This document shows, one piece after another, positions 1 through 11,819 of a stretch of 64,000 nucleotides of DNA. The notes beneath the pieces are model-generated. The model had not been told where the DNA came from, did no database searches, and was given only the letters and a program-made list of their open reading frames with translations. A program made the translations under genes and the position numbers. Origin of the DNA: Thermodesulfobacteriota bacterium (GTDB lineage: Bacteria; Desulfobacterota; Desulfobacteria; Desulfobacterales; SURF-7); NCBI GenBank assembly GCA_049320885.1, contig JBMORA010000034.1, positions 32,001-96,000 on the forward strand. The letters run 5' to 3'. The stretch's first letter is position 1. Every line of letters starts with the position of its first letter.

Positions 1-1085
1 GGGAAGACAACGATGTGGTGTGCACCGGCATCGAGGAAAAAATGGGTATCCATGGAAACGCCACCTGTTCCCTGGCTCTCGGCGGCAAGGGGAAATGCCG
101 CGGCATGCTGCTGGGCGAAGAGAACAAGGGCATGAAGGCCATGTTCCTGATGATGAACGAAGCGCGCCTGGGAGTCGGATTGCAGGGCTTCGGTTTCGCC
201 ACCGCCTCCTATATCAATGCGGTCAACTATGCCAAGGAACGCAAACAGGGCAAGAGTCTGCTCCAATTCATGGACCCCAACGCCCCGTCTGTCGCCATCA
301 TCGAGCATCCCGATGTTCGGCGCCAGTTGATGTTCATGAAAGCATACGTCGAGGGCATCCGCAGCATGATCTATTTTCTGGGTTCCTGCTTCGACCGGGT
401 GGCCGTAGCCAAAACCGATGAGGAACGCCAGACCGCCCAGAATCTCATCGAGCTTCTGATTCCCGTCGTCAAGGCCTACAGCACTGACAAGGGGTTCGAG
501 GTCTGCGTGCAGGGAGTTCAGGTATACGGTGGTTACGGGTATATAAAGGAATATCCCCAGGAACAGCTGCTGCGCGATTGCAAAATCACCAGTATCTATG
601 AAGGCACCAACGGCATTCAGGCCATGGATCTCCTGGGCCGGAAGCTGGGCATGAACAAGGGCAAGCCGTTCATGGAGCTTCTCGGAACCATCAACAAGAC
701 CATCGCCGCCGCCAAGGCCATAGCCGGCCTGGAAGACCTCGCCGGCCGCGTGGAGGAAGCCGTGAACAAACTCGGGGAAGTCGCCATGCATATGGGCATG
801 ACCGCCATGTCCGCCAACGTGTTGGATGCCTTCGCCCAGGCAACGCCCTTTCTCGAAGTCTGCGGCGATGTGGTATTGGCCTGGCAGCACCTATGGCGGG
901 CCGTTGTGGCGGCCCCGAAAATCACCGGCGCCAAAAGCAAGGACGCGCCGTTTTACGAAGGCCAGGTCCGCACCGCGGAATTCTATATCAAATGCCTCCT
1001 GCCGGCGACCATCGGCAAGATGAGAGCGCTGTCGGAGACCAACGAAGCGATCATGAAGATGCCGCTGGCTGCTTTCAACGGGTAG
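1..1085 (+). CDS. Acyl-CoA dehydrogenase, 5'-truncated by the window edge
   Basis: EEKMGIHGNATC, MNEARL, GGYGYIKEYPQEQLLRDCKITSIYEGTNGIQAMDL motifs; frame open back to the window start. Confidence 0.93.
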   Translation, partial: EDNDVVCTGIEEKMGIHGNATCSLALGGKGKCRGMLLGEENKGMKAMFLMMNEARLGVGLQGFGFATASYINAVNYAKERKQGKSLLQFMDPNAPSVAIIEHPDVRRQLMFMKAYVEGIRSMIYFLGSCFDRVAVAKTDEERQTAQNLIELLIPVVKAYSTDKGFEVCVQGVQVYGGYGYIKEYPQEQLLRDCKITSIYEGTNGIQAMDLLGRKLGMNKGKPFMELLGTINKTIAAAKAIAGLEDLAGRVEEAVNKLGEVAMHMGMTAMSANVLDAFAQATPFLEVCGDVVLAWQHLWRAVVAAPKITGAKSKDAPFYEGQVRTAEFYIKCLLPATIGKMRALSETNEAIMKMPLAAFNG

Positions 1086-1122
1086 GACGGAAGCTTCCTC
1101 ACCCATCCAATGAACCGACCGG

Positions 1123-1156
1123 ACGGTTCGGGGGGATTCCCCCGAACCGTTTTTTT
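1123..1156 (+). terminator. Intrinsic terminator
   Basis: ACGGTTCGGGGG/CCCCCGAACCGT stem followed by a T run. Confidence 0.85.
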
Positions 1157-1190
1157 ACACCCCGCCCGCTGGCTTCCCGCCCGCCGGTAC

Positions 1191-1221
1191 TTGACAAATT
1201 CATATTTGCCACCATTATATT
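1191..1221 (+). promoter_or_regulatory. Putative sigma70-type promoter of htpG
   Basis: TTGACA at 1191 and an AT-rich CATTATATT -10 candidate; spacing imperfect. Confidence 0.45.
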
Positions 1222-1284
1222 CCAGATCTAGGTTATTCATCATCTGAATTGTCAACCCCATCGGCAACAGGAGTCATAACGGCA

Positions 1285-3207
1285 ATGAAAAAAGAAACCC
1301 ATTCCTTTAAAACCGAAGTCCAGCAGCTGCTGAAGCTCATCATCAATTCCCTTTATTCCAATCCGGAAATTTTCCTGCGCGAATTGATTTCCAACGCTTC
1401 CGATGCCATCGACAAATTGCGTTTCAAATCCCAGACGGAACCTCATCTGCTCGGCGACGACACGGAACTGAAAATCAAAATCATCCCGGACAGGACGAAC
1501 AATACCCTCCGTGTAACGGATAACGGCATCGGCATGACCCTTGACGAGGTCATGGACAATATCGGCACCATCGCCAAAAGCGGCACCGGCGCTTTCTTGA
1601 AGGCTTTGGAACAAACCAAGAAAGATTCGGCTCTGACGCCGGAACTGATCGGTCAATTCGGGGTCGGATTTTACAGCGCCTTCATCGTGGCGAAAAAAGT
1701 GACCATCATCACCCGGGCCGCCGGTTCGGAAAAGGCCGTTCGCTGGGAATCCTCCGGCGACGGCTCCTACACCATCGAGGAAACCGAGCGTCCCGGCAGG
1801 GGCACCGATATCATCCTGGAACTCAAGGACCGGGAAAAGGACGAGCCCGATTTCACCGAGGAATGGACCATCCGGCGGATCGTCAAGCAGCATTCGGATT
1901 TTGTCAACTACCCCATTCTGATGGACGTGGAAAAGGAAGAACCCGTGCCGGAAAAGGAACAGCTTCTGGACAAGGACGGCAAGCCGACGGGCGAAAAAAC
2001 CCGCAAGGTCGTCCGGGAAGAAACCCTGAATTCCATGAAGGCCATCTGGCTCAAGAACAAGGACGAAGTCACCGAAGAGGAACATAAAGAATTTTACACC
2101 CATATCAGTCACGACTGGAATCCGCCCCTGACCCGTCTGCATATGAAAATGGAAGGGGCCACCGAATACCACGTGCTCCTGTATATTCCCTCCAAGGCGC
2201 CCTTCGACCTGTTCACGCCGGAACGAAAACACGGTCTCCATCTTTACAGCCGGCGGGTGTTCATCATGGACGACTGCAAGGAATTGATTCCGGACTATCT
2301 CGGGTTCGTCAAGGGCGTGGTGGACGCTCCGGACCTGAATCTCAATGTCAGCCGTGAAATCCTGCAACAGGATCGCCTGGTGCGCAACATCCGCAAGAAC
2401 ATCGTCAAGAAACTGTTCGATCTGTTCTCCAAAATGGAAAAAGAACCCTATGAAACCTTCTATAAGGAGTTCGGACCGATTCTGAAAAGCGGCGTTCACA
2501 CGGATTTCGAAAACAAGGACAAAATCGCGGAACTTCTCCGCTACAGGACCACCAAATCGGACGGCAACCTGATCTCCCTCAAGGATTACGTCGCCGGCAT
2601 GCCCAAGGATCAAAAGGAAATATACTACATCACCGGCGACAACCTTTCCGCCATTCTCAACAGCCCCCATCTCGAAGCCCTGAAGGCAAAAGATTATGAG
2701 GTTCTCCTGATGACCGATCCCGTCGACGAATGGGTGGTCATGTCCCTCTCCGAATATGACGGCAAAAAACTGAAAAGCGCGGAGAAGGGCGACCTTGATG
2801 TCAAGGAAATCGATGCCGCCAAAAAAGATTCCTATTCGGATCTGTTCGCTCACATCAAATCGCGGCTGGAAAGCAAAATCAAGGAAGTCAAACCGTCGAC
2901 GAGACTGAAGGAATCGGTCGCCTGCCTGTCCGGGGACACCTATGACATGAGCGCCTACATGGAAAAAATCCTGCGGGCCAGCGGGCAGCCGGTACCCGAC
3001 GTCAAACGCGTGCTGGAATTGAACCTCGACCATCCGGTGGTGGCGAAAATCAATTCCCTGCTGGCAAAAGACAAGAATGATCCCCTGATCAACGATTACA
3101 CGGACCTGCTCTTTGACATGGCGGTGATCGGCGAGGGCGGCAAAATCGAAAATCCCTCCCGATTTTCCAAGTTGGTGGGCGATCTGATGGCCGGCGCCAT
3201 CCAATAA
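1285..3207 (+). CDS. htpG: Molecular chaperone HtpG (Hsp90)
   Basis: [54 protein letters not shown] before ATG 1285. Confidence 0.98.
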   Translation: MKKETHSFKTEVQQLLKLIINSLYSNPEIFLRELISNASDAIDKLRFKSQTEPHLLGDDTELKIKIIPDRTNNTLRVTDNGIGMTLDEVMDNIGTIAKSGTGAFLKALEQTKKDSALTPELIGQFGVGFYSAFIVAKKVTIITRAAGSEKAVRWESSGDGSYTIEETERPGRGTDIILELKDREKDEPDFTEEWTIRRIVKQHSDFVNYPILMDVEKEEPVPEKEQLLDKDGKPTGEKTRKVVREETLNSMKAIWLKNKDEVTEEEHKEFYTHISHDWNPPLTRLHMKMEGATEYHVLLYIPSKAPFDLFTPERKHGLHLYSRRVFIMDDCKELIPDYLGFVKGVVDAPDLNLNVSREILQQDRLVRNIRKNIVKKLFDLFSKMEKEPYETFYKEFGPILKSGVHTDFENKDKIAELLRYRTTKSDGNLISLKDYVAGMPKDQKEIYYITGDNLSAILNSPHLEALKAKDYEVLLMTDPVDEWVVMSLSEYDGKKLKSAEKGDLDVKEIDAAKKDSYSDLFAHIKSRLESKIKEVKPSTRLKESVACLSGDTYDMSAYMEKILRASGQPVPDVKRVLELNLDHPVVAKINSLLAKDKNDPLINDYTDLLFDMAVIGEGGKIENPSRFSKLVGDLMAGAIQ

Positions 3208-3221
3208 CGACCTGTTTCCCG

Positions 3222-3301
3222 GGCCGACCGCGCCGCCTGCTGCGCGGTCGGCCTTCAGCGGTTTCCCCTCCTCCGGTTCGGTATCCCGGACGGTTTTTTT
3301 T
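3222..3301 (+). terminator. Hairpin(s) and T tract after htpG
   Basis: Perfect 12-bp stem GGCCGACCGCGC/GCGCGGTCGGCC (3222-3253), then a weaker stem and T run near 3293-3301. Confidence 0.6.
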
Positions 3302-3431
3302 ACAGATGCCCCCCGGAAATGCATTGAAATAACCGATAACATACGATATACACCGTAAGAGAATGGTTGCACCCAAATGGCATGGAAGACCGAGCCTGAT
3401 CCAAACCCAACCATGGAGAAGAGGTCGACCA

Positions 3432-3779
3432 ATGACACCAGAACCCACTGAAAACGGCAGCTATGAGAACAGGGCCGCGCCCCGCTCCGCGCCGGACAAA
3501 TTCTACAGCGTGGAATTCGCCCTGAAAGGCGAGGAATCGCATTACCAGTTCAAGATCTGGAATATGTCGTCCGACGGCATGTGTATTCTCGTGCGCGAGG
3601 ATTCGGCCGTTCTGCGCCATATCCACACGGGTGAAGTGCTGCAGATGAAATACTATGCCGCGGAACCCCGACGGATCGTTGAAAGCCTGAAAACGGAGGT
3701 CAGACACATCACCAGGGACGAACAGGGACGGTTTAAAGGCCACTTCATGGTGGGACTGTCCATCCTGGAGCACAACTAG
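3432..3779 (+). CDS. PilZ domain protein (c-di-GMP receptor)
   Basis: RAAPR (RxxxR) and NMSSDG ([DN]xSxxG) motifs; GAGG RBS. Confidence 0.8.
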   Translation: MTPEPTENGSYENRAAPRSAPDKFYSVEFALKGEESHYQFKIWNMSSDGMCILVREDSAVLRHIHTGEVLQMKYYAAEPRRIVESLKTEVRHITRDEQGRFKGHFMVGLSILEHN

Positions 3780-3837
3780 GCAGTTCGGTTGATTCACCCG
3801 CGATTCTCACCCCCGACCGGGCAGCAAGGAAGACACC

Positions 3838-5451
3838 ATGAGCGATTTTGTGTTTCAAGAACTCTTTCCGCTGAAAGAAGACAAAACCCACTACCGGCGG
3901 CTGACCCGCGACTATCAGGAAATTTCGACCTTCAACGGCAAAACAATCCTTACGGTGGCGCCGGAAGGATTGACCCTGCTTTCCGAGACCGCTTTCAGGG
4001 AAACGGCGCACCTCCTCAGGACCTCCCACCTGATTCAGCTGCGACACATCACCGATGACCCGGAAAGCTCGGCGAACGACCGCTTCGTAGCCCTGGAGAT
4101 GATCAAAAACGCGGTTATCTCCGCGGATTTCGTCTTCCCCATGTGCCAGGATACCGGCACGGCCGTCATCATCGGCAAGAAAGGACAGCAGGTATGGACC
4201 GGCGGCGGCGATGAAGAAGCGCTTTCACGGGGTGTTTTCAACACTTACACCGGCACCAACCTGCGCTATTCCCAAATGGCGCCGCTATCCATGTTCGATG
4301 AAGTCAACACCCGCTGCAATCTGCCGGCCCAAATCGAGATCTACGCCGTGGATGGGGAAGACTACCGCTTTTTGTTCATTGCCAAGGGCGGCGGATCGGC
4401 CAATAAGACCTTCCTCTTTCAGGAAACCAAGGCGATCCTAAACCCGCAAGCATTGCTGGCCTTCATGATCACGAAAATGAAGGCGCTGGGAACGGCGGCC
4501 TGCCCGCCGTACCATCTGGCGTTTGCAGTGGGCGGGACATCCGCCGAAGCCGCGCTTAAAACCGTCAAGCTGGCCAGCGCCGGCTACCTGGACGGCCTGC
4601 CCGTATCAGGCGGAAAGGGGGGCCATGCCTTCCGGGATTTACAGATGGAACAATTGGTTCTGGAGCAATCGCGCCGATTGGGCCTCGGCGCCCAATTCGG
4701 CGGGAAATATTTCTGCCATGATGTGCGCGTAATCCGGTTGCCGCGGCACGGCGCCTCTTGCCCCATCGGTATGGGCGTGAGTTGCAGCGCGGACCGCAAT
4801 ATCAAGGCCAAGATCACAAGGGAAGGCATTTTCCTGGAACAACTGGAAACCGATCCGTCCCGTTTCCTGCCGGAACCGGTTGAAACCGACGCCGGGACCG
4901 TCCGCATCGATCTGAACCGGCCCATGGACGCCATCCGCGAAATCCTGGGCCGGCATCCCGTCGCCACCCGGCTGCTGCTCAGCGGCCCCATCGTGGTGGC
5001 CCGGGATATCGCCCATGCCAAACTCAAGGAGCGCCTCGACCGGGGGGAAGACCTGCCGGATTATTTCAAAAAGCACATTATTTATTACGCCGGTCCAGCC
5101 AAGACGCCTCCGGGTTATCCGTCCGGCTCCTTCGGCCCCACCACCGCGGGACGGATGGACCCCTACGTCGATCTTTTCCAGGCCCGCGGCGGTTCCCTGG
5201 TCATGCTGGCCAAGGGCAACCGAACACCCGCCGTCACCGAGGCATGCCGGAAATACGGCGGTTTCTACCTCGGCTCCATCGGCGGACCGGCCGCCCGTCT
5301 CGGCAAGGAATGCATCACCGCGGTGGAAACCCTGGAATTCGAGGAACTCGGGATGGAAGCGATTTTTCGGATCACGGTCCAGGATTTTCCGGCCTTCATC
5401 ATCGTGGACGACAAGGGAAACGATTTCTTTCAGGCCTTCACCCGCCCCTAA
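3838..5451 (+). CDS. Fumarate hydratase class I (Fe-S, FumA/FumB family)
   Basis: [40 protein letters not shown]. Confidence 0.96.
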   Translation: MSDFVFQELFPLKEDKTHYRRLTRDYQEISTFNGKTILTVAPEGLTLLSETAFRETAHLLRTSHLIQLRHITDDPESSANDRFVALEMIKNAVISADFVFPMCQDTGTAVIIGKKGQQVWTGGGDEEALSRGVFNTYTGTNLRYSQMAPLSMFDEVNTRCNLPAQIEIYAVDGEDYRFLFIAKGGGSANKTFLFQETKAILNPQALLAFMITKMKALGTAACPPYHLAFAVGGTSAEAALKTVKLASAGYLDGLPVSGGKGGHAFRDLQMEQLVLEQSRRLGLGAQFGGKYFCHDVRVIRLPRHGASCPIGMGVSCSADRNIKAKITREGIFLEQLETDPSRFLPEPVETDAGTVRIDLNRPMDAIREILGRHPVATRLLLSGPIVVARDIAHAKLKERLDRGEDLPDYFKKHIIYYAGPAKTPPGYPSGSFGPTTAGRMDPYVDLFQARGGSLVMLAKGNRTPAVTEACRKYGGFYLGSIGGPAARLGKECITAVETLEFEELGMEAIFRITVQDFPAFIIVDDKGNDFFQAFTRP

Positions 5452-5491
5452 CATCCACCCCGGCAGGGGCGGCGTTGTTCCCGCTCCGGTT

Positions 5492-5713
5492 TTAAGGGAT
5501 ATAACTCCGCACCAGGGGATAGGACAGCAACAATAAAGCCAGCAGCAGGGCCACCATCAGAAAGGCCCCCAGCCTGCCTTTCGGAGCGGGAAGCGTTTTT
5601 TTCCGGAGATTCTTCAATTCCAGATCGTTTTCCCGCACGATGCGCCGAATCGCCTTGTTGGTTTCAGCGATGAGCGCTTCGGTTTCCATGATCATTTCTT
5701 TTGTCGGTCTCAT
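5492..5713 (-). CDS. Small hypothetical membrane protein; start uncertain (5713 or 5734)
   Basis: ORF fills the gap downstream of the nitroreductase; C-terminal hydrophobic helix. Confidence 0.5.
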   Translation of the reverse strand: MRPTKEMIMETEALIAETNKAIRRIVRENDLELKNLRKKTLPAPKGRLGAFLMVALLLALLLLSYPLVRSYIP

Positions 5714-5770
5714 CTCGTCCGTCCTTGATGCCACCCCGGCATTCGGCCCGCCGGATGCCCGGCCGGCCGC

Positions 5771-6448
5771 TCAAAAACCGCGCCACGTCACGATGTGGTC
5801 AATGGGTTCCCGGGGACTCTGCACGCGGTTGGCGGGAAAATCCCAATCCGGGTAACCGATGGCAATGGCGGCCATCAGACGCTTGTCGTCCGGTATGCCG
5901 GCATGCCGGCGCACCACATCGGCATAGGTGATTCCCTGATTTTCAACGCAGGTATGCAAGCCGTAATGCAGGGCGGCAAGGCAGATATTCTGCAATACGG
6001 AGCCCACATCCAGATAGGTTCCCTGAATCGGCAGGGAGCTGTCGGCTACGATGATGATCGCCGCCGGTGCGTCGAAATACCGGAAGCCGCGCTCCATCCA
6101 GGCAGCCCTTTTCTGCTTGTCCTCCCGGGGAATCTCCATGAGGGCGAACAACTGCTTGGCGATTTCGATCTGCCGCCGACGGTAGACGCTGTCCCTGGGC
6201 CGCTCCACAAGGATGTGTTCCATTTCCTTGGGCGGTAGTTCGAAATTCCGCACCTTGTCGACATTTCCCCGGCGAACCTGCTCCAGCACTTCGCCTGCCA
6301 TCACGATGAATTCCCATGGCTGGGTGTTCTCCGCCGAAGGCGCCCGGACGGCAATCTCCAGAATCGCCCGGATGGTTTCCTTGGTCACCGGATCGTTTTT
6401 GAACTTTCGAATGCTCTTGCGGGTGCGAATGGCTTCCAGAAGTTCCAT
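5771..6448 (-). CDS. Nitroreductase family protein
   Basis: [30 protein letters not shown]. Confidence 0.93.
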   Translation of the reverse strand: MELLEAIRTRKSIRKFKNDPVTKETIRAILEIAVRAPSAENTQPWEFIVMAGEVLEQVRRGNVDKVRNFELPPKEMEHILVERPRDSVYRRRQIEIAKQLFALMEIPREDKQKRAAWMERGFRYFDAPAAIIIVADSSLPIQGTYLDVGSVLQNICLAALHYGLHTCVENQGITYADVVRRHAGIPDDKRLMAAIAIGYPDWDFPANRVQSPREPIDHIVTWRGF

Positions 6449-6667
6449 TCCATCTCCTGTGATTTCCGTTCAAAACACTTTACAATTTTAAAATATATTG
6501 ATAAAAATCAAATCAGATTGTAATAAACCGACACCGCAGATTTCAAGACCGCTTCCAACCACATCGCACGGCAAACGATTCATCATCTGGTAACACAGGG
6601 GGACGGTTTTTTCAATACGACCACCAGAAAGAAAAGCCGTGGTATGTGATCCATATAGGAAAACCAA

Positions 6668-8341
6668 ATGTCTGTTCATGAACTCGCCGGCCTTCCGGCC
6701 CCCAAATCCTTGCTTGCCGACATCCCGAAAATCGTTTCCGCGTATTACACCGGAAAACCAGATGCCACAGTATCCGCCCAGCGGGTCGCCTTCGGCACCT
6801 CCGGCCACCGCGGGACATCCCTTGACAACAGTTTCAACGAGGACCATATCGTTGCCATCAGCCAGGCCATCTGCGAATACCGGGCTGCCAGAAACATCAG
6901 CGGGCCCCTGTTCATGGGCCGGGACACCCATGCCTTGTCCGAACCGGCCATGGCCACGGCCCTGGAAATTTTCGCCGCGGCCCGCGTCCCGGTCATGATC
7001 CAGGAAAAAAGGGGCTTCACCCCCACCCCGGTGATCTCTCATGCCGTTCTGACTTACAATCGCAACCGCAGCCGGGATTTCGCCGATGGGGTAGTGATCA
7101 CCCCCTCCCACAACCCCCCGGCCGACGGCGGCTTCAAATACAACCCCCCCCATGGAGGGCCGGCGGATGAAAGCGTGACCCGCATCATCGCCGACAGGGC
7201 CAACGAAATCCTCGGCAACCCGGGTTTGCGCGCCGAACGCCTCTTGCTGGAAAAAGCCCTGAAGACCGCGAGCATTCATACCCACGATTTCATCACCCCC
7301 TATGTACGGGATCTGGCGGAGATCATCGATATGGAGGCCATCCGCTCGTCCGGGCTTCACCTGGGGGTGGATCCCATGGGAGGCGCCGGCGTTCATTTCT
7401 GGGAACCCATCGCCGACCTCCATGGTCTTTCCATGGAAGTGGTCAACCCCCATGTCGACCCGACCTTTGCTTTCATGCCCCTGGATAAGGACGGCAAAAT
7501 CCGGATGGACTGTTCCTCTCCGTTTGCCATGCAGGGCCTGATCGCCCTCAAGGATCGGTTCGATCTGGCCTTCGGCAACGACCCGGATGTGGACCGTCAC
7601 GGCATCGTGACCGCGGGAGCCGGTCTGCTGAACCCCAACCACTATCTGGCCGTGGCGATCTGGTATCTCTTTCAGAACCGGCCGGCATGGCCCAAGGACG
7701 CCATGATCGGTAAAACCCTGGTGTCCACCTCCATGATCGACCGGGTGGCGGCTTCCCTGAGCCGGAAATTGTGCGAAGTGCCCGTGGGGTTCAAATGGTT
7801 CGTTGACGGCCTGCTTACCGGAACCTTTGGGTTTGGCGGCGAAGAAAGCGCCGGAGCGACCTTCTTGCGGAAAAACGGCCGGGTCTGGACAACCGACAAG
7901 GACGGCATTGTCATGAACCTGCTGGCAGCCGAGATCATGGCCAAAACCGGAAAAGACCTGGCGGATCTCTATCACATGCTGGAAGAACGGCACGGCGTCG
8001 CCGAATACGAACGCATGGACGCCCCGGCGGATCAGGCCCAAAAAGAATTATTGAAAAAACTGTCGCCGGAAATGGTTATGGTCGACAGTCTGGCCGGCGA
8101 GCCGATTATCGGAAGACTCACCCGCGCCCCCGGCAATCAGGCCCCCATCGGCGGCTTGAAGGTGGTGACCGAAAACGGCTGGTTTGCGGCCAGACCCTCC
8201 GGCACCGAGGATATCTATAAAATCTACGCGGAAAGTTTCAAGGGGAAACATCATCTCCGGGCGATCCAGGAAGAAGCCAAGTCCATTGTCGGCGCCGTTT
8301 TCGCCGCCGCCACTACTCCTGAACCAAACCAGAACGCCTGA
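6668..8341 (+). CDS. pgm: Phosphoglucomutase (alpha-D-glucose-1,6-bisphosphate dependent)
   Basis: [46 protein letters not shown]. Confidence 0.97.
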   Translation: MSVHELAGLPAPKSLLADIPKIVSAYYTGKPDATVSAQRVAFGTSGHRGTSLDNSFNEDHIVAISQAICEYRAARNISGPLFMGRDTHALSEPAMATALEIFAAARVPVMIQEKRGFTPTPVISHAVLTYNRNRSRDFADGVVITPSHNPPADGGFKYNPPHGGPADESVTRIIADRANEILGNPGLRAERLLLEKALKTASIHTHDFITPYVRDLAEIIDMEAIRSSGLHLGVDPMGGAGVHFWEPIADLHGLSMEVVNPHVDPTFAFMPLDKDGKIRMDCSSPFAMQGLIALKDRFDLAFGNDPDVDRHGIVTAGAGLLNPNHYLAVAIWYLFQNRPAWPKDAMIGKTLVSTSMIDRVAASLSRKLCEVPVGFKWFVDGLLTGTFGFGGEESAGATFLRKNGRVWTTDKDGIVMNLLAAEIMAKTGKDLADLYHMLEERHGVAEYERMDAPADQAQKELLKKLSPEMVMVDSLAGEPIIGRLTRAPGNQAPIGGLKVVTENGWFAARPSGTEDIYKIYAESFKGKHHLRAIQEEAKSIVGAVFAAATTPEPNQNA

Positions 8342-8368
8342 GCATCGACAAAAGGAGACACCGACTCC

Positions 8369-8962
8369 ATGAATGATCTTGAAATCGGCATCAAAATCGA
8401 ACGTACCGGGGAGGACCGAAGGGTAAAAGGCCCCGTGGAACATCGCCGGAAATGGAAACGCTTCATCGTCCAGACCGGCCCCATCGTCATTCTCCATGTA
8501 CCGCGACTGCTCGGTCTCGCGGGAGAGAAAACCGTCGAACTGGGACCTGTGATCAACATCAGCGAAGGCGGACTCATGGTCCAGTTCATTGAAAACAAGG
8601 AACGTCTGCGGGATTGCGGGGTATTGTCCATCCAGGTGCCGGGTCTTGGAATCAAGGCCGGCAGGATTTCTTTCGAAGTCGTTCGGGACTTCGAAGTCGG
8701 CAAGCTGCCGGACGGAAGAAAAATCCGGAACCGCAGCATTAAATTCAGCTCCCTGACTCCGCCCCAGCTGGTCCAGGTAAAGGAATTCATCCGCGCGTTC
8801 TCATCGGATTTTCAAAAGGACCGCCGCAGCGGAAAAGAAAGGCGTGCACGCATGGATCCCGATTTCTTCGATTCCGAGTGGAAACTCAAGTCCGACAGAC
8901 GCAGGGGTCATGATCGCAGGCAGTACCCGGCCGTCACGAAATTAAAGACGCAGAATTCATAG
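8369..8962 (+). CDS. PilZ domain protein with C-terminal DRRxxxDRR repeats
   Basis: EHRRKWKR and NISEGG; DRRSGKERR / DRRRGHDRR tail. Confidence 0.7.
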   Translation: MNDLEIGIKIERTGEDRRVKGPVEHRRKWKRFIVQTGPIVILHVPRLLGLAGEKTVELGPVINISEGGLMVQFIENKERLRDCGVLSIQVPGLGIKAGRISFEVVRDFEVGKLPDGRKIRNRSIKFSSLTPPQLVQVKEFIRAFSSDFQKDRRSGKERRARMDPDFFDSEWKLKSDRRRGHDRRQYPAVTKLKTQNS

Positions 8963-10642
8963 ATGTCGCCCAACAGCGGAAATCGTTTTCCCATGACGCC
9001 TCCATTGACTACCACCCCCCGGGGCATCCGGCTGATCCTTATGGCGGTTCCCCCTGCCATGGGCCTCCTGGCGCTCCTGCTCGGGCAGGATGCCTCCTGG
9101 GATCTGCGCAATTACCATTTTTACAACCCCTTCGCCTTTTTGACCGGCCGCATGGGATATGACGTCGGGCCGGCGCAGGTGGCCACTTATTACAACCCGC
9201 TCATGCATCTGCCTTTCTATTTTGCCGTCACCAATCTGCCGCCTAGGCTGGTGGCCTTCGGACTGGGATGCCTCCAGGGAACCAATATTTTTTTGTTGTA
9301 TGGAATTGCCGTTAGAATGATCGGGCCATCCTCGGACAGCCGCGACCGATGGCTCTGCCTGATCACCGCGATACTTGGAATCCTGGGAGCCACCAACATC
9401 GCCGAAACAGGCACCAGTTACGGAGACAACCTGCTGAGCATTCCGGTGCTGTTCTCCCTTTTTCTGATCATGGATCGATTTCACCGCCTTGGTTCCCCGG
9501 GATCAACCGGCCTGCTCATTGCGGCGGCGGCCGGCCTGGCGGCCGGATGCGCGGCGGGTCTCAAACAACCTTTCGCCGTCTACGCCGTCGGGATGTGCCT
9601 CGCCTTCTTTGGTCTGTCGCTGCCCCTGAAACGCCGGTTCGAGCTGGCCTTCTGTTTCGGTCTGGGCGTCCTTGCCGGCATGGCCCTGACCGGCGGTTTC
9701 TGGCTTCTGGAAATGTGGCGCCGGTATGCGAACCCGCTTTTCCCCTATTTCAATCAGTTCTTCCGTTCTTCCTGGGGATCGCCCGAGTCCTACCGCGATA
9801 TGCGTTTCCTGTCATCCGACCCGCTCATCCAGCTTCTCTTTCCCGTCTGGATCAACCTGAACCCCCTGCAAGTCGGTGAAGTGGCATTCCGCGACCTGCG
9901 GCTGTCCATCCTCTATGTGCTGCTGATCATTCTGTTGGGCAAAAAACTCGTCCAGCCGGGGAAACAACCCGCGGTTTCCGGGGATGCGGAATCGACTTCC
10001 AGAAACCGCTTCCTGCTCCTCTTCGTCGTCGTTTCCTTTCTGATATGGATGAAACTCTTTTCCGTCTATCGTTATATCATTATTTGCGATTTTCTGGCGC
10101 CACTGACCATCCTGGCGGTTCTCGGAATGCTCGTGGCAAAACGGGACCGGCAGGTTCGCCTTGCCCTGGGCTGCTTCATTGTGATTCTGGCCCTGCTGGT
10201 TCCGGGGGACTGGGGCCGCAGGCCTTTTTCCTCCGATTATTTCGGTGTCCGGCCGCCTGCGCTCGGTCATCCCTCCAACACCCTGGTGCTGTCTGCTGGT
10301 TACGATCCCATGGCCTATATGATCCCATTTTTCCCGCCCGAAGTGCGTTTCCTGCGCATTCACAGCTATCTGACCGGACCGTCCGCGCATCCGAACGGTT
10401 TGGACGAACAAATGCGCGCCATCGTTCGCGAGCACTCGGGCGACATGTACCTGCTGGTTCGATCCTATGAAAAAGCAGCCGCCCGCCGGGCCGTTCAATT
10501 CCATGGACTGGAAATCGACGACCGGTATTGCCGGACCTTCACGCCCCACGTGGAACCCCAGCAGGAACATCCCTTCTGTTTCTGCCCGGTTGTGAAAACG
10601 GCAGGCGCCGGACCGCCCCCATCGGTGAAAGAAAGAGGGTAA
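8963..10642 (+). CDS. Polytopic membrane protein, probable GT-C glycosyltransferase
   Basis: About 11-13 hydrophobic segments, N-terminal GQDASWDLRNYH acidic loop, GLK and NPLFPYFN motifs, soluble C-terminal domain. Confidence 0.6.
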   Translation: MSPNSGNRFPMTPPLTTTPRGIRLILMAVPPAMGLLALLLGQDASWDLRNYHFYNPFAFLTGRMGYDVGPAQVATYYNPLMHLPFYFAVTNLPPRLVAFGLGCLQGTNIFLLYGIAVRMIGPSSDSRDRWLCLITAILGILGATNIAETGTSYGDNLLSIPVLFSLFLIMDRFHRLGSPGSTGLLIAAAAGLAAGCAAGLKQPFAVYAVGMCLAFFGLSLPLKRRFELAFCFGLGVLAGMALTGGFWLLEMWRRYANPLFPYFNQFFRSSWGSPESYRDMRFLSSDPLIQLLFPVWINLNPLQVGEVAFRDLRLSILYVLLIILLGKKLVQPGKQPAVSGDAESTSRNRFLLLFVVVSFLIWMKLFSVYRYIIICDFLAPLTILAVLGMLVAKRDRQVRLALGCFIVILALLVPGDWGRRPFSSDYFGVRPPALGHPSNTLVLSAGYDPMAYMIPFFPPEVRFLRIHSYLTGPSAHPNGLDEQMRAIVREHSGDMYLLVRSYEKAAARRAVQFHGLEIDDRYCRTFTPHVEPQQEHPFCFCPVVKTAGAGPPPSVKERG

Positions 10643-10652
10643 AGCAGCCGCC

Positions 10653-11819
10653 TCAGCCCGTCATCATCTCCCAGGCCATTGCCGCCACCCGTTTGGCCGC
10701 CCCGGGTTCCCCCAGCTTCTCTTTTATTTGCGACAGTTCCTGCGCCACGGCATGCATCCGTTCCGGATCTTTCAAAATTTTCAGGGCTTCGGCGGCAATC
10801 CGGGCCGGTGTGGCGTGTTGCTGGATCAACTCCGGTACGACCTTCTTGCCGGCGACGATATTGGCGATTCCGATATGATCGACCTTGACCAGCATGCTGC
10901 CGATCATATAGGTGAGGGGCGAAACCAGATACAGAATCACCATGGGTTTTTCCAGCAAGGCGGTTTCAAGGGTTGCGGTTCCCGACACCGCCAGGGCCAG
11001 GTCACAGAAGCCGACGGCCTGATAAAATTGATCCGTCACCACCCGGACCGGGATTTTCCGCCGGCGGATATGGTTTTCAACGGCTTCGGCATCCAGACCG
11101 GGAGCCAGCGGCAGGATAAAACCAGCCCCGGACATTTCCCGCCGGATGAGGACCGCGGCGTCCAGGATCAGCGGCAGCATCCGGTCGATTTCTCCCTTCC
11201 GGCTTCCCGGCAACAAACCGATGATGGGGCTCTCGGTTTCAAAGCCGAGCCGCTGTCGGGCCGCTTCCCGGTCCATCTGTGCGGGAATCCGATCCCGCAG
11301 GGGGTGGCCCACAAACCGGACATCCAGACCGACCCGCTGATAGAAGGGAACCTCGAACGGAAAGATCACCGCCATCCTGTCGACGATCCGGGCGATTTTC
11401 CTAGCCCGGCCCTGACGCCAGGCCCAGATTTGCGGGCTGATATAGTACAAGACCGGAATACGATACTTCTTGGCATATCGGGCCACCGCCAGATTGAAGT
11501 CCGGATAGTCGATCAGCAGCACCAGATCCGGTGGACGTTCCCGGATGATCTTCTTCACCGCGCTGTAGGCGTTCCAGATCGTCGAAAAATTGGCCAGGAC
11601 TTCCAGGATTCCGACTACGGCGAGGTCCTTGGAATGGCGAATGAGTTCCACGCCCTCCCCGGCCAGGGCGTCACCGCCGACCCCGTAGACGGCAACCGCC
11701 GGATCGATTTTTTTCAGGGCCGCCACGACCCCGGCACCGTGGTGGTCGCCGGAGGTTTCACCGGTGACGATCAGCATTTTTTTTCGATTCGCGTCAGTCA
11801 TCGGAATGGCTGGATTCAT
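10653..11819 (-). CDS. lpxB: Lipid-A-disaccharide synthase
   Basis: GETSGDHHG, IDYPDFN, YYISPQIWAWR, FVGHPL, LLPGSR, SGTATLE. Confidence 0.97.
   Translation of the reverse strand: MNPAIPMTDANRKKMLIVTGETSGDHHGAGVVAALKKIDPAVAVYGVGGDALAGEGVELIRHSKDLAVVGILEVLANFSTIWNAYSAVKKIIRERPPDLVLLIDYPDFNLAVARYAKKYRIPVLYYISPQIWAWRQGRARKIARIVDRMAVIFPFEVPFYQRVGLDVRFVGHPLRDRIPAQMDREAARQRLGFETESPIIGLLPGSRKGEIDRMLPLILDAAVLIRREMSGAGFILPLAPGLDAEAVENHIRRRKIPVRVVTDQFYQAVGFCDLALAVSGTATLETALLEKPMVILYLVSPLTYMIGSMLVKVDHIGIANIVAGKKVVPELIQQHATPARIAAEALKILKDPERMHAVAQELSQIKEKLGEPGAAKRVAAMAWEMMTG

Noticed and set aside
1190..1285. CIRCE or HAIR heat-shock operator upstream of htpG
   Set aside because: Neither TTAGCACTC-N9-GAGTGCTAA nor CTTGAGT-N7-ACTCAAG is present; only a weak CAGAT/ATCTG inverted repeat.
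1252..3438. 728-aa minus-strand ORF
   Set aside because: Antisense shadow of htpG; expected with high-GC codon bias; no recognisable motifs.
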